DNA of 64,000 bases from assembly GCA_038087875.1 (NCBI GenBank), contig CM075995.1, positions 10,852,001 through 10,916,000 on the forward strand, read 5' to 3'. The DNA is from Malacoraja senta. Its lineage: Eukaryota. Every line of letters begins with the position of its first letter. Position 1 is the stretch's first letter. The position numbers and the translations under genes were made by a program. Positions 10,660 to 24,400 of this stretch are shown one piece after another. Below the pieces are notes generated by a model, which was not told the DNA's origin, searched no databases, and was given only the letters and a program-made list of their open reading frames with translations.

Positions 10660-11523
10660 GAAGAACTTGGGGCAGTCAATGGAAGTGTCTTGAAAGCAGT
10701 CAGTGTTACCGTCGAAGAGGTGCTGAAGGTACTATTGTGTATGAAGGTAGACAAATCTCCAAGGCCTGGTCATACATATATATCCGAGGACATTGTGGGA
10801 AACCAGAGAGGAAATTGCTGGAGCCCTGGTTGAAATTTACGAGTTGGCTTTAAATACAGGAGAGGTGCCGGAAGACTGGAGAGTGGCAAATGATGTGTCT
10901 CTATTCACAAAGGGCTGCAGGGAACTATAGGCCAGTGAGCGTAACATCTGTAGTTGGAAAGTTACTAGAGGGCATTCTGACGGATAGTATACTTTTTCTC
11001 TCTCCCTCCCTTTTTAAAAAGGGAGGGAGAGAAAAAATGGGGAATTACAGACCAGTTAGTCTAACATCGGTAATGGGGAAACTGCGAGAGTCAGTTATTA
11101 AAGGTGGGATAGCAGCACATTTGGAAAGTGGTGAAATCATTGGACAAAGTCAGCATGGAACCTACGCTGCACTGCCTCAATCACAAGGATGTCCTTCCTC
11201 AAATTAGGAGACCAAAATTGTACACAATACTCCAGATGTGGTCTCACCAGAGCCCTGTACATCTGCAGAAGAACCTCTTTACTCCTATACTGAAATCCTC
11301 CTGTTATGAAGGCCAACATTCCATTAGCTTTCTTCACTGCCTGCTGTACCTGCATGCCAACTTTCAGTGACCGGTGTACAAGGACACCCAGGTCTCGCTG
11401 TACCTCCCCCTTACCTAACCTAACCCCATTGAGATAATAATCTGCCCCCTTGTTTTTACCGCCAAAGTGGATAACCTCACATTTATCTATATTATACTGC
11501 ATCTGCCCACTCACTCAACCTGT
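10660..11523. mobile_element. Mosaic of CR1 RT fragments (plus strand 10660-11158, minus strand 11159-11523)
   Basis: KVDKSPRP and GNYRPVSLTS motifs on plus; QMQYNIDKCEVIHFG...RPHLEYCVQFWSP on minus. Confidence 0.85.
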
Positions 11524-13045
11524 CTAATTACCAATCAAGCTGGCCACCTGTCTAATTGAAGGTCTTTGTTCACCAAGGAGCTTGATACAACCTTCAATTA
11601 ATTGCTGCCTTTTATCACTGGGCAGAGTCACTAACATGTGATCTGAGTTAATGGTGAAGCCCAAGTAATCAATAACTTTGACTGGTGTTAATTTGGATTT
11701 ATCTGCATGAATGATCAACCCCAATTGCTCAAAAGTGAGTTTAACAACTGAAACAGATGATTCAGCTGCATCCCGAGTCTTTCCTACAATTGAGATATCA
11801 TCTAAATAGGCCATTACAACATGACCCTGAGCTCGGAGTAGCCCTAGAACTGGTTTTAACAATTTGGTAAACAATCTAGGAGCTGAGATTAATCCATTAC
11901 GCAGTGCTTTGAATTGCCATAACTGACATCCAGCTAAACTTCAAATAACTCCTATCATCGCAATGAACAGATACTGAGTAATATGCATCTTTAAGATCTA
12001 TGCTTGCCATATAACACCCTTTGGAAATCAGCTGTTTAGCCGTAAGAAAAGTCTCCATTTTGAAATGTCTATACTGTACAAAAGGGTTAAGGCTCGTCAG
12101 GTCCAGAATGATTCTACATCCCCCATCCTTTTTAGACCTAGGAAATATATTTGACACAACCTGGTGGAGTTGACGAATCGACTTCTCAATCACCCCTTTA
12201 CTGCACAATACCTCAAGTTCTGCCTGTATCTGCATATTCTCTTCATGTGAGAAAACGAGTGTCCGACTTGGGACATGCTGAGTGGGTGGACACAAATTAG
12301 GGTAGAATGCAATTCGAAACCCTTCTATACTGCACAGCACAAACGGATCTGATGTTATCTCCTGCCATTCTTTTAGGAACAAGTGTAACCTGCCCTCAAC
12401 TTGAAAATATTTCCCACTTAATTTGATTCTATCAGCAGCAAAACCACTGATCTGCATGTTGGCCGATCGAATTTGTCGCCCCCTGCTCCTCGTGGGAAAA
12501 TTCATCCTTGCCCATGTGCCTGTGGCAGGGTGCCAGCTTCGTATGTTCGGGAATGAATGGCTCGTCCCTTCATCAGCCCCAGTCATTGCACCCCGTCGAT
12601 AGGGGAATTACCTCCGAACCATTTTGCTGCTCGTCGGCACTTTTATTCACCCCACAGTTTTCGCCTCATCATCAAGTTCTTTAACTCGCTTTGCGAGGTC
12701 CTCCCCAAACAGCAGATTAGGCAACTGAACATTGCTAGGTTTGCAGATCGATGCAAACTTAGGGTGAATATTTGGGCGTATGGCACTCTTTCTTAAGCAG
12801 TTCACCTCAAAATGTGGACTGCACAGAAGCCCAAAAGCATCCTGATGTGCTTCTGATACGTGCCCCTCGTCCACCATTCTGGCGAACGCAGTAATGCCTG
12901 CAGCAAGCAACTTCAGCACCCGCTGGAGTTTTAGCTTTTGTGCCTGAACTGCAATCCCCATTTGTCCCCATATAACATGGTTAACCACCGGCACCTTCAA
13001 TAAGGCAGTCAACCGGGGTTTCATACTTCTTTACAGTGTCATCCA
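11524..13045 (-). mobile_element. DIRS-type retrotransposon fragment (gag and RT), truncated at both ends
   Basis: RT motifs SNIFPRSKKDGGCRIILDL, HFKME, SIDLKDAYYSV, YLDD, YLGFTINS; gag-like ORF ending LLFGEDLAKRVKEL; disrupted by stops and frameshifts. Confidence 0.88.
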
Positions 13046-13436
13046 GGCTGAGGAGCCGTTGGAGCAAGAGGAGGAGTTTCCGGGTGGTGAGTTATAAACT
13101 CGAGTGCGGGGCTTTACTCCACAGAGGCTGAGGAGCCGTTGGAGTGAGAGGAGGAGTTTCCGGGCAGTGAGTTATAAACTCGAGCGCGGGGTTTACTCCC
13201 ACAGAGGCTGAGGAGCCGTTGGAGCGAGAGGAGGAGTGCCCAATCTGTAACGTTCCACACTTCAAAGGAAATGTTCTGGTGGAAGCCGCTGATTGGTGGA
13301 AGCGGACTAGAGGAAGCAGCTGATTGGGAGAAATCCCAGGTTTGCATTTCTGCTTTCTGGTTAAGGGGACAGTGAGCTAAGGGGACAGTGAGCTAAGGGG
13401 ACAGTGAGCTAAGGGGACAGTGAGCTAAGGGGACAA
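13046..13436 (+). repeat. CR1 5' UTR repeats: about 79-bp unit x2.5 and 16-bp taaggggacagtgagc x4
   Basis: Seen directly. Confidence 0.85.
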
Positions 13437-13514
13437 TGCTTTATAGTAAAGGTACAGTTTAAAGGATTAAGATTTTTATAGTGTGAGTGAGTTAATTTAA
13501 TTTGGGGGTAAGCC

Positions 13515-14424
13515 ATGTCAGTTGAGATCAGTTGCATGGTTTGCTCATCCTGCAACATGTGGGAGATCAGAGATATGGTCGGTGTCCCTGGTGACTACGT
13601 TTGCAGGAAGTGTGTCCAGCTGCAGCTCCTGGCAGACCACATTGAACGATTGGAGCTGCGGTTGGATTCATACTGGAGCATCCACGATGCTGAGAATGTC
13701 GAGAATAGCACGTACAGTGAGTTGGTCACACCGCAGGTAAAAGTTAAGCGGACAGAAAGGGAACGGGTGGCCATTAGCCAGCGTAGCAGTAGGCAGGTAG
13801 TGCAGGAGTCCCCTGCGGTCATCTCCCTCCTAAACAGATATACCATTTTGGATACTGTTGGGGGAGATGGCTCATCAGGGGATGGCAGCAGCAGCCAAGT
13901 TCATGGCACCATGGGTGGCTCTGCGGCACAGGAGGGAAGGGAAAAGTGTGGAAGGGCTATAGTAATAGGGGATTCAATTGTAAGGGGAATAGATAGGCGT
14001 TTCTGCAGCCGCAAACGAGACTCCAGGATGGTATGTTGCCTCCCTGGTGCAAGGGTCAGGGATGTCACTGAACGGCTGCAGAACATTCTGGAGGGGGAGG
14101 GTGAACAGCCAGTTGTCGTGGTGCACATTGGCACCAACGATACAGGTAAAAAACGGGATGAGGTCCTACAAGGCGAATTTAGGGAGCTAGGAGATAAACT
14201 TAAAAGTAGGACCTCAAAGCCATGAGTAGAAATAGGAGGATATTGCAGATGAATGCGTGGCTTGAAAAATGGTGCAAGGGGGAGGGATTCAAATTTCTAG
14301 GGCATTCGAAATAGTTCTGGGGGAGGTCGGACCAGTGCAAACAGGACGGTCTGCACCTGGGCTGGAATGGAACCAATGTCCTCGGGGGAGTGTTTGCTAG
14401 TGCTGTCGGGGAGGATTTAAACTA
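13515..14424 (+). pseudogene. CR1 ORF1 (zinc finger plus SGNH esterase-like domain), disrupted after 14225
   Basis: CSSC..CRKC; IVIGDSIVRG; VHIGTND; DGLHL downstream of the break. Confidence 0.88.
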
Positions 14425-14599
14425 ATGTGGCAGGGGAATGGGAGCATGAGTAGAGAGACAGAGGGGTGTAAAATGAGGGTAGAAGCAACATGTAGCAAGG
14501 TGAATAGTAAAAGTGGCAGGCAGAAAAATCCAGGGCAAAAATCAAGAAGGGCCACTTTTCAACATAATTGTATAAGGGGTAAGAGTGTTGTAAAAACAA

Positions 14600-16411
14600 G
14601 CCTGAAGGCTTTGTGTCTCAATGCAAGGAGCATTCGTAATAAGGTGGATGCTCCTTGCATTGTGCAGATAGTTATAAATGAATGTGCAGATAGTTATTAA
14701 TGAATACGATATAGTTGGGATCACGGAGACATGGTTCCAGAGTGACCAAGGCTGGGAGCTGAACATCCAGGAATATTCAATATTCAGGAGGGATAGACAG
14801 AAAGGAAAAGGAGGTGGCATAGCGTTGCTGGTTAGAGAGGAGATTAACGCAATAGAAAGGAAGGACATTAGCTTGGAGGATGTTGAATCGATATGGGTAG
14901 AGCTGCGAAACACTAAGGGGCAGAAAACAATAGTGGGAGTTGTGTACAGGCCACCTAACAGTAGTTGTGGAGTTGGGGATGGCATCAAACAGGAAATTAG
15001 AAATGCGTGCAACAAAGGTAAAACAGTTATAATGGGTGACTTCAATCTACATATAGATTGGGTGAATCAAATTGGCAGGGGTGCTGAGGAAGAGGATTTC
15101 TTGGAATGTATGCGGGATAGTTTTCTAAACCAACATGTAAAGGAACCAACGAGAGAACAGGCTATTCTAGACTGGGTATTGAGTAATGAGGAAGGGTTGG
15201 TTAGCAGTCTTGTTGTGCGTGGCCCCTTGGGCAAGAGTGACCATAATATGGTTGAGTTCTTCATTAGGATGGAGAGTGACATTGTTAATTCAGAAACAAG
15301 GGTTCTGAACTTAAAGAAGCGTAACTTTGAGGGTATGAGATGTGAATTGGCCAAGATAGACTGGCAAGTGATTCTTAAAGGGTTGACGGTGGATATGCAA
15401 TGGAAGGCATTTAAAGACTGCATGGATGAACTACAACAATTGTTCATCCCAGTTTGGCAAAAGAATAAATCAGGGAAGGTAGTGCATTCGTGGATAACAA
15501 GGGAAATCAGGGATAGTATCAAAACAAAAGATGAAGCATACAAATTAGCCAGAAAAAGTAGCCTACCAGAGAGAAATGAGTCCAGCATAGGAGGACAAAG
15601 GGCTTAATTAGGAAAGGGAAAATAGTTATGAAAAAAACCTGGCAGGGAACATAAAAACTGACTGCAAAAGTTTTTATATATATGTGAAGAGAAAAAGATT
15701 AGTTAAAACAAATGTAGGTCCCTTGCAGTCAGAAACTGGTGAATTGGATAACTGGGGAACAAGGATATGGAAGACCAATTGAATAACTACTGTGGTTCTG
15801 TCTTCACTAAGGAAGACATAAATAATCTGCCGGAAATAGCAGGGGACCGGGGGTCAAATGAGATGGAGGAACTGAGTAAAATCCCGGTTAGCCGGGAAGT
15901 GGTGTTAGGTAAATTGAATGGATTAAAGGCCGATAAATGCCCAGGGCCAGTCAGGCTGCATCCCAGAGTACTTATGGAAGTAGCCCCAGAAACAGTGGAT
16001 GCATTAGTGATAATTTTTCAGAACTCTTTAGATTCTGGAGTAGTTCCTGAGGATTGGAGGGTAGCTAATGTAACCCCACTTTTTAAAAAGGGATGGAGAG
16101 AGAAAACAGGGAATTACAGACCAGTTAGTCTAACATCGGTAGTGGGGAAAATGCTAGAGTCAGTTATTAAAGATGGGATAGCAGCACATTTGGAAAGTGG
16201 TGAAATCATTGGACAAAGTCAGCATGGATTTATGAAAGGTAAATCATGTCTGACAAATCTTATAGAATTTTTCGAGGATGTAACTGGTAGAGTGGATAAG
16301 GGAGAACCAGTGGATGTGTTATATCTGGACTTTCAGAAGGCTTTCGACAAGGTCCCATATAAGAGATTAGTATACAAACTTAAAGCACACGGTATTGGTG
16401 GTTCAGTATTG
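14600..16411 (+). pseudogene. CR1 ORF2, APE endonuclease and N-terminal RT, frameshifted
   Basis: LNARSIRNK, GITETW, YRPP, GDFN, SDH; NYRPVSLTS, QHGF, YLDFQKAFDKV. Confidence 0.92.
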
Positions 16412-17556
16412 GGGTCTGTCAGGGGTCTGTGTTGGGTCCACTGTTGTTTGTCATGTACATCAATGATCTGGATGAAGGTGTGGAAAATTGGATTAGTAAG
16501 TATGCAGATGATACTAAGATAGGTGGTGTTGTGGATAATGAAGTAGATTTTCAAAGTCTACAGAGAGATTTAGGCCATTTGGAAGAGTGGGCTGAAAGAT
16601 GGCAGATGGAGTTTAATGCTGACAAATGTGAGGTGCTACATCTCGGCAGGACAAATCAAAATAGGACGTACACGGTAAATGGTAGCGAATTGAGGAATGC
16701 AGTTGAACAGAGGGATCTAGGAATAACTGTGCATAGTTCCCTGAAGGTGGAATCTCATGTAGATAGGGTGGTAAAGAAAGCTTTTGGTGTGCTGGCCTTT
16801 ATAAATCAGAGCATTGAATATAGAAGTTGGGATGTAATGTTAAAATTGTACAAGGCATTGGTGAGGCCAATTCTGGAGTATGGAGTATAATTTTGGTCGC
16901 CTAATTATAGGAAGGATGTCAACAAAATAGAGAGAGTACAGAGGAGATTTACTAGAATGTTGCCTGGGTTTCAGCAACTAAGTTACAGAGAAAGGTTGAA
17001 CAAGTTAGGTCTTTATTCTTTGGAGCGCAGAAGGTTAAGAGGGGACTTGATAGAGGTCTTTAAAATTATGAGCGGGTTAGACAGAGTGGACGTGGATAAG
17101 CTTTTCCCATTGAGAGTAGGGAAGATTCAAACAAGGGGACATGACTTGAGAATTAAGGGACAGAAGTTTAGGGGGAACATTAGGGGGAACTTCTTTACTC
17201 AGAGAGTGGTAGCTGTGTGGAATGAGCTTCCAGTGGAAGTGGTGGAGGCAGGTTCGATGTTATCCTTTAAAAATAGATTGGATGGGTATATGGACGGGAA
17301 AGGAATGGAGGGTTATGGTCTGAGTGCAGGTAGATGGGACTAGGGGGAAGTATTTTATTTTTAAATTAAAAAATAAATAAAAAACAAATAAATAAATAAA
17401 TAAATAGATAAATAAATAAATAAATAAATAAACAAAAAAATAAATTAAAAAAAAAATTAAAAAAAAAATTTAAATGTTCGTCACGGACTTGAAGGGCCGA
17501 GATGGCCTGTTTCCGTGCTGTTATGGTTATATGGTTATATGGTTATATGGTTATTG
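16412..17556 (+). mobile_element. 5'-truncated CR1 (TTATATGG-tail subfamily) nested in the host CR1 RT
   Basis: YADD RT motif; (TTATATGG)n tail; host resumes at atgtggatagagaactgg; tattg on both sides. Confidence 0.88.
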
Positions 17557-18645
17557 ATGTGGATAGAGAACTGGCTGGCAGACAGGAAACAGAGAGTAGG
17601 AGTAAATGGGTCCTTTTCAGAATGGCAGGCAGTGACTAGTGGGGTACCGCAAGGCTCAGTGCTGGGACCCCAGCTATTTACAATATATATTAATGATTTG
17701 GATGAGGGAATTGAATGCAACATCTCCAAGTTTGCGGATGACACGAAGCTGGGGGGGCAGTGTTAGGTGTGAGGAGGATGTTAGGAGGCTGCAAGGTGAC
17801 TTGGATAGGCAGGGTGAGTGGGAAAATGCATGGCAGATGCAGTATAATGTGGATAAATGTGAGGTTATCCACTTTGGTGGCAAAAACGGGAAAGTAGACT
17901 ATTATCTGAATGGTGGCCGATTAAGAAAAGGGGAGATGCAACGAGACCTGGGTGTCATGGTACACCAGTCATTGAAAGTAGGCATGCAGGTGCAGCAGGC
18001 AGTGAAGAAAGCGAATGGTATGTTAGTATTCATAGCAAAAGGATTTGAGTATAGGAGCAGGGAGGTTCTACTGCAGTTGTGCAGGGTCTTGGTGAGACTA
18101 TTACGTAGTTTTGGTCTCCAAATCTGAGGAAAGACATTCTTGCCATAGAGGGAGTACAGAGAAGGTTCACCAGACTGATTCCTGGGATGTCAGGACTTTC
18201 ATATGAAGAAAGACTGGATAGACTCGGCTTGTACTCGCTAGAATTTAAAAGATTGAGCGGGGATCTTATAGAAACTTACAAAATTCTTAAGGGGTTGGAC
18301 AGGCTAGATGCAGGAAGATTCTTCCCGATGTTGGGGAAGTCCAGAACAAGGGGTCACAGTTTAAGGATAAGAGGGCCGAGATGAGAGAAAAAAAAATTCA
18401 CACAGAGAGTGGTGAATCTCTGGAATTCTCTGCCACAGGAGGTAGTTGAGGCCAGTTCATTGGCTATATTTCAAGGGAGTTAGATGATGCCCTTGTGGCT
18501 AAAGGGATCAGAAGGAATGGGTTGAAGGCAGGTACAGGATACTGAGTTGGATGATCAGCCATGATCATATTGAATGGTAGCTGTGTGGAATGAGCTTCGA
18601 AAGGCAGAATGGCCTACGCCTGCACCTATTTTCTATGTTTCTATA

Positions 18646-19796
18646 TACAGGCATTTAGACGGACAAGGGCTGATTAGGGATAGCTAGCATGACTTTGTAC
18701 GTGGGAGGTCGTGTCTCACAAATCTGATTGAGCTGATGTGACAAAAACAGTCGATGTCAGAGCTGTAAGTGTATATACGGACTTCAGTAAAGCATTCAAG
18801 AAGATTCCTCATGGTAGTGGTCGAGGGTACCCGGCGCGGTGTCTCCCGTTCCCGGACCTACCCGATGCGGCCTCTCCCTGCCCCGGTCCCCGCACTGGCT
18901 GCAACCCGGGGGCGGGGCGACACCGCGCCGGGTACCCTCGGCCTCTCCCTCCCGCTCCCTCGGCTCCAGGGCGCTTGCCCCCACCCCACGTCATCGCCGC
19001 CCTGCTGGAGAAGACGGGGCCCACTGTAGTTTACATTGAGACAAATATAGAGATAGACAGAGAGAGAGACAAAGAGAAAGAAAGACAGAGACAGAGAGAG
19101 AGAGACAGAGAGAGATAGACAGAGAGAGAGACAAAGAGAGACACACAGAGACAGAGAGAGACATTAAATTTATAAAAATAACATTTATTTATTATTTCCT
19201 ATGGCCAGCAAAAATGTGCCAAATATATAATGTGACCCTCATACTGAAAAGTTTGGAGGCCCCTGATATAGATGAAAACAGTAACTGGCCCCGCACCGAA
19301 CCCTGAGGCACACTACTAGTCACATGCCTTCAGTCCAAGAAGCAAACTTCCACCATCACCCTCTGCTTCCGAAAAAGGGTTTCGGCCCGAAACGTTGCCT
19401 ATTTCCTTTGCTCCATAGATGCTGCTGCACCCGCTGAGTTTCACCAGCACTTTTGTCTACCTTCCTCATGGTAGGCTGTTCTATAAAGTTACATCGCATG
19501 GGATCCAAGGAGAGATAGCTGAATGGATAGAAAATTGGCTTCATGGAAGGAAGCAGAGGGTGATGGTGGAAGGTTGCTTCTCGGACTGAAGGCCTGTGAC
19601 TAGTAGTGTGCCTCAGGGTTTGGAGCGGGGCCCGTTACTGCTTTCATCTATATCAGGGGCCACCAAACTTTTCAGTATGAGGGCCACATTATATATTTGG
19701 CACATTTTCCGGGCGATAGGAAAAAATCAAGAAATGTTAGTTTTATAAATTTAATGTCTCTCTCTCTCTGTGTCTCTGTGTGTGTCTCTCTCTGTC

Positions 19797-19841
<45 letters not shown>

Positions 19842-21235
19842 CTCTCTCTCTTTGTCTTTCTGTCTCTTTGTCTCTCTGTCTATCTCTATATCTGTCTCAA
19901 TGTAAACTACCGCGGGCCCCGTCTTCTCCAGCAGGGCGGCGATGACGTGGGGTGGGGGCAAGCACCCCTGGAGCCGAGGGAGCGGGAGGGAGAGGCCGAG
20001 GGTACCCGGCGCGGTGTCACCCCGCCCCCGGGTTGCAGCCGGTGCGGGGAGAGGCCGCGTCGGGTAGGTCCCGGAGCGGGAGACACCGCGCCGGGTACCC
20101 TTGGTCTCTCCCTCTCCCGGCTGCAGGACGCTCACCACAGCCCTACCCCCCCCGCCCCACGATGCAGGGCAGCGATGGCCTGGCCCGTGGGGGGGGGGGG
20201 GGGGGGGGGGGGGCGGGGCAGAAAAGGAAACTTACCCCTGGAGCTGTCGGGTCCCTGAGGGGCGAAAAAATATTTGGACGCCAGTCAAGTAAAGACGGGA
20301 GGGGCGGGGCAAGTGGGGGCACTGTTTTATCTCGCTAGCACAGAACGCGCTATATAGCCCGCTGCACGGAACGTGTTAAGAGCTTGCTGCGGGCCGGATA
20401 TGGCCCGCCGGCCATAGTTTGGAGACCATTGATCTATATCAATAATTTAGATGAGAACATACACAACACAGCAAGATTCGGAAGTTTGCAGATTTTACAA
20501 AAGTGGGTGGCTTGACAGATAGTGCAGATGGTTGTGACAATGTGCAGCAGAATTTGTCAAGTGGGTTGAGGAATGCTTGATGAAATTTAATACAGAAAAA
20601 TGTGAGGTGTTTGGCACATTGGCCTTCATCAACCAGAATATTAAGTATAGAAGTTGGGAGGTCATGTTGCAGTTGTATAAGACGTTGGTGAGGCCACATT
20701 TAGAGTATTGTTCAGTTCAGTTGTGTTCAGTTATGGGCACCATGTTTTGGGAAAGATGTTGTGAAACTGGAAAGGGTACAGAGAAGATTTACGACTAGAG
20801 GGGCTGATCTATAGGCAGAGGTTGAGTAAGCTGGAAATCTATTCCTTGGTGTGCAGGAGGATGAGAGGTGGTCTTATAGAGTTGTATAAGATCATGAGAG
20901 GAATAAATCAGTTAGATGCACAGTCTCTTGCCCAGAGTAGGTGAATGAAGGACCAGAGGACACATTGATTTACGGTGAAGTTGAAAAGATTTAATAGGAA
21001 TCGGAGGTGTAACCTTTCCACACAAAGGGTGGTGGATGTATGGAACAAGCAGCCAGAGGAGGTTGTTGATGCAGGGACTATCCCAACATTTAAGAAGCAG
21101 TTTGGCAGGTACATGGATAGGGCAGGTTTCGAGGGATATGCACCAAATGCTGACAGGTGGGACTAGTATACCTGCGACATATTGGCCGGTGTGGGCAGGT
21201 TGGGCCTGTTACCACACTGTTTCACTCTGACTCTA
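18646..21235 (+). mobile_element. Older CR1 RT-to-3' relic interrupted by a hAT MITE and an inverted duplication
   Basis: DFSKAFKKIPHG at about 18780, resuming at 19462 and 20440; ends near gactctatga. Confidence 0.8.
19654..20431. mobile_element. hAT-type MITE
   Basis: Imperfect TIRs caggggccaccaaact / agtttggagaccattg; 8-bp TSD atctatat (19646-19653 and 20432-20439); internal (CT)n and GC-rich tract. Confidence 0.85.
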
Positions 21236-22493
21236 TGAAGGGATCAGGAGCTCACTGAATGCGCAATGGGGGGCGGTATCGTAGAGCAGCCTAGATTAAT
21301 GGGATTGATCCCCACACCAGCTACCATATTTATCTCACTCAAAATGGAATGCACATCATTTAAATTACTTTCCTCTAATGTATTTTATTCAGTCAAATAT
21401 TTGTTTGACATTCTCAGCATGTTTGATCAATTTCCCTCCTGGGATAAATAAAGTTCTATCGTATCATATCCTTTGCAAGATTTATTTCATTTAAGTTATT
21501 GCACATTCCCTGCACCATGTTCCTTTCTCCTTGTATACATTTGTTTCCCATCCCCAATCCCTAATTTTTGTATTTATCTCCATTCTTTCCCTTCTCCCGT
21601 TCCAGTTCACCCATACCCCATCCTCCAGCTTTCAATTTTGCCTCTTGTATTCTTATCTGATATCTTTTTGTGTCCTTTTCACATCTAGCTTGTCACACGA
21701 CACCCATCTGTCAATCAAAAGTCCTCCCCTGTACCCACCTTACACTTGCCAGGCTTTGTCCCTACCCAGCTCTCTTTTCCAGCTTCGCCGCCTCACTACA
21801 ATCAGTCTGAAGGAGGGTGATGATCCAAAACCTCAGGTGTCCTTCCCCTCCGCAGATGCTGCTGAAACCTTTGAGTTCTTCCAGCACTTTGCTTTACTCA
21901 AAATTATGACCGTTTTTCACCACACTCCACATAAACACTGACTGGTCCATTTGCAGAGAATCTGCGGCCAACATGAATAAGTATGCCACCACTGTAACTA
22001 ACTTAATCAACAAGTGTGCACAGGAGTGCATGCCGAAGATCGCAATCCAAGTGTTCCCCAGCCAGAAACAATAGATGATGTACTTTCCCAGGGGAAAGCC
22101 TGTGTTCAGGTCAAATGATGAGCAGTAGATGAAAGCTCACGACGATCTTTGCATGGCCATCAGGGATGCTAAGAGACAATACCGGGACAAATGTGAATCC
22201 TAACATAACCATTCAGACACCCTGTAGACTGTGACAAGGCTTGAACATTATCACTGGCTGCAAATTGAAGTCAGGCAGCATCACTGTTGATTGTGCCGGT
22301 CTACTTGATGAAATTAATGCATTCAATGCATGCATTGAGCAGAAGGCCAACATTCATGCTGTCAGACTTGAGTGTGCCTTTTCATTCAATGATTCAATGA
22401 ACTTTATTTTTCCATTAGGAACTTTGGTTTCTGCAGCCATACAACAAGAAGAAATAATTTTACAAGACACACAACCAACTCAATTCACACATT

Positions 22494-22595
22494 GAGTCTG
22501 AAGAAGGGTTTCGGCCCAAAACGTTGCCTATTTCCTTCGCTCCATAGATGCTGCTGCACCCGCTGAGTTTCTCCAGCATTTTTGTGTACCTTCAA
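22494..22595 (+). mobile_element. Penelope pLTR-derived short repeat with hammerhead-like core
   Basis: ctgaagaagggtttcggcccaaaacgttgcc...agatgctgc...gctgagtttctccagca; same family as the Penelope end at about 59900-59995. Confidence 0.7.
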
Positions 22596-23320
22596 TTCAC
22601 ACAGACATCCATCCACAGTGAATATCCTCCTCACTGTGATGGAAACCAAAGTCTTGTCTCTCCTCTGCTCTCCATCCTCTCCCGATGTTAAAGCCCCCGG
22701 TGGGCGATGGTAAGTCCCGCGGCCGTTAAGGCCGCGCCGGCGATGTAAGGCCCTGCTCCAGGTCTTAATGTTGGAGCCACCTGCGGGCGATGGCAAGTCC
22801 CGCGGCTGTTAAAGCCTCGCCGGGCGATGCCAGGCCCCGCTCCGGGTCGTTTTCAGCCCCGCAACTCGGGCGGAAGAAGCTGCTGCCGCGGGAGCTCCGA
22901 AAAGCGGTCTCTCACCAGGGACCCACGAGCTCCCGATGTCACCGTCCACAGGCCTGCAGCTGGAGCCTCCGAAGCCCCAAATTCTGGTCGCAGCCGCGCG
23001 GCACCACAGCTCCCCACTCTCCGAGGCCAGCCAGCCCCACGACAGTAAGTCCGCAGGCTCCGCGACTGGAGCCCCCAGGTCTTTCCGGCTGAAGGCCGCT
23101 CCACGGTGCTAGGCCCCAACGATAACGGAGACCCGACAGGGAATAGGTCGGGTCTCCCGTGCAGGCAAGAGATTTAAAAGGTACACCCCACCCCCCCACA
23201 TATAAGTTAAAAGCAATATTTTAAAAAACCCACAGCAAACTACACATTGAACAGGACAATTTTTTTTTTAAAGGACAGACGGACTGCAGGGGCTGCTGCC
23301 GCGAGGCGCCGCCATTTTCA
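22596..23320 (-). repeat. Unclassified GC-rich interspersed repeat
   Basis: CpG-rich block with internal gccgttaag/gggcgatg repeats and sharp boundaries. Confidence 0.4.
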
Positions 23321-23378
23321 GATTGGGTCCCTGTTGCAGAAGTTAGATTGGCCTTCCTGAGGGTCAACCCACAGAATG

Positions 23379-24400
23379 TAGGTATGTTACAAAACTTACC
23401 TTCTGCGGCGCTGGAGTTCTGTCACTGGCCGTGTGCGCGACTTTGGCGCCTTTAAGAGGGGGGCGGGTTTAAAATGCCGTTTTTTGCCAGCCTGTTGAAA
23501 TCGATTTTTGTCAGGCTGTTTAGCTGCTGAAGAATAATCATCGGTTTTATTAAGTTTTTTAAAAACTGCACTGGATATTTTAATAGCAGGAGTAATTTAG
23601 AAATCAGCTTCTAAAGCCGTCAACACCAACAACGGGGATGGATTTCATGCACGGTAAAGGAAAGCTGCTTATTTTACATATAAACGTGCTTCTGAGGATG
23701 CCTTTAATCAAAATTTTACATTGCAAAAAGGTGACTTAGGACCCATACGAACCGGCAGTGTTTTTCCTGCTGATATGAGGTTTAAATTCACCACAACCGC
23801 AACGTTCCAAACGATCGCGTTCCACAAAATCCTACTCGCAAGATGATTAAAATGGCCATTAATTTACGGGAATTAAACACTAAATTCCTTCCATTTGGCC
23901 TATAAATTCATGACGATGAGATTTAAAAATCATGTTATATAGTGAATTCTTGTGTGAATGTTATTTGGACACTTAGGCTATTTAAAAATGTTAACCTTTT
24001 CTTAAGAAATTGATAGATTTCTAGTAATTGAATTTTGTAAATAGCTACAATTAGGTAACTAACTAATTATATGCTTTAATTTCACATCATCCAAGTAAGA
24101 TTTTCATATTTGTTTCAGAATGGTTCAATCTATAATAACTGAAAATGTAATTCAGTTCTCTTAATTTTTAAGAAAGTTATGGGCTTTTGACTGTCCTTGA
24201 TCACAGCTTTTGTGTTAAGTCAATGGAAAAGCAATAGGGAACAAGATGCTAATTTCCGAGTATGAAAATGGCCGTAACTGTTTTAATACTGAAGATATGA
24301 AAGTGAAATAGGTGTCAAATTAAACTTCTTGTTATGCTTTATCTGATGGGATAAAATGAGGACTCGATTTTTAAAATCTCAAAATTTTGTAACATTGCTA
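23379..24400. mobile_element. Non-autonomous TIR transposon, Academ-like
   Basis: Ends TAGGTATGTTACAAAA...TTTTGTAACATTGCTA (14/16 inverted match, TAG..CTA termini); no TSD found. Confidence 0.6.

Larger units (their letters stand above)
13046..18645 (+). mobile_element. Near full-length CR1 LINE (TTTCTATG-tail subfamily), disrupted
   Basis: 5' UTR tandem repeats, ORF1, ORF2 (APE and RT) and 3' tail attttctatgtttctat; interrupted by another CR1 at about 16412-17556. Confidence 0.92.

Noticed and set aside
13046..13436. Repeat arrays as an independent system
   Set aside because: They sit directly before CR1 ORF1 and fit 5' UTR repeats.
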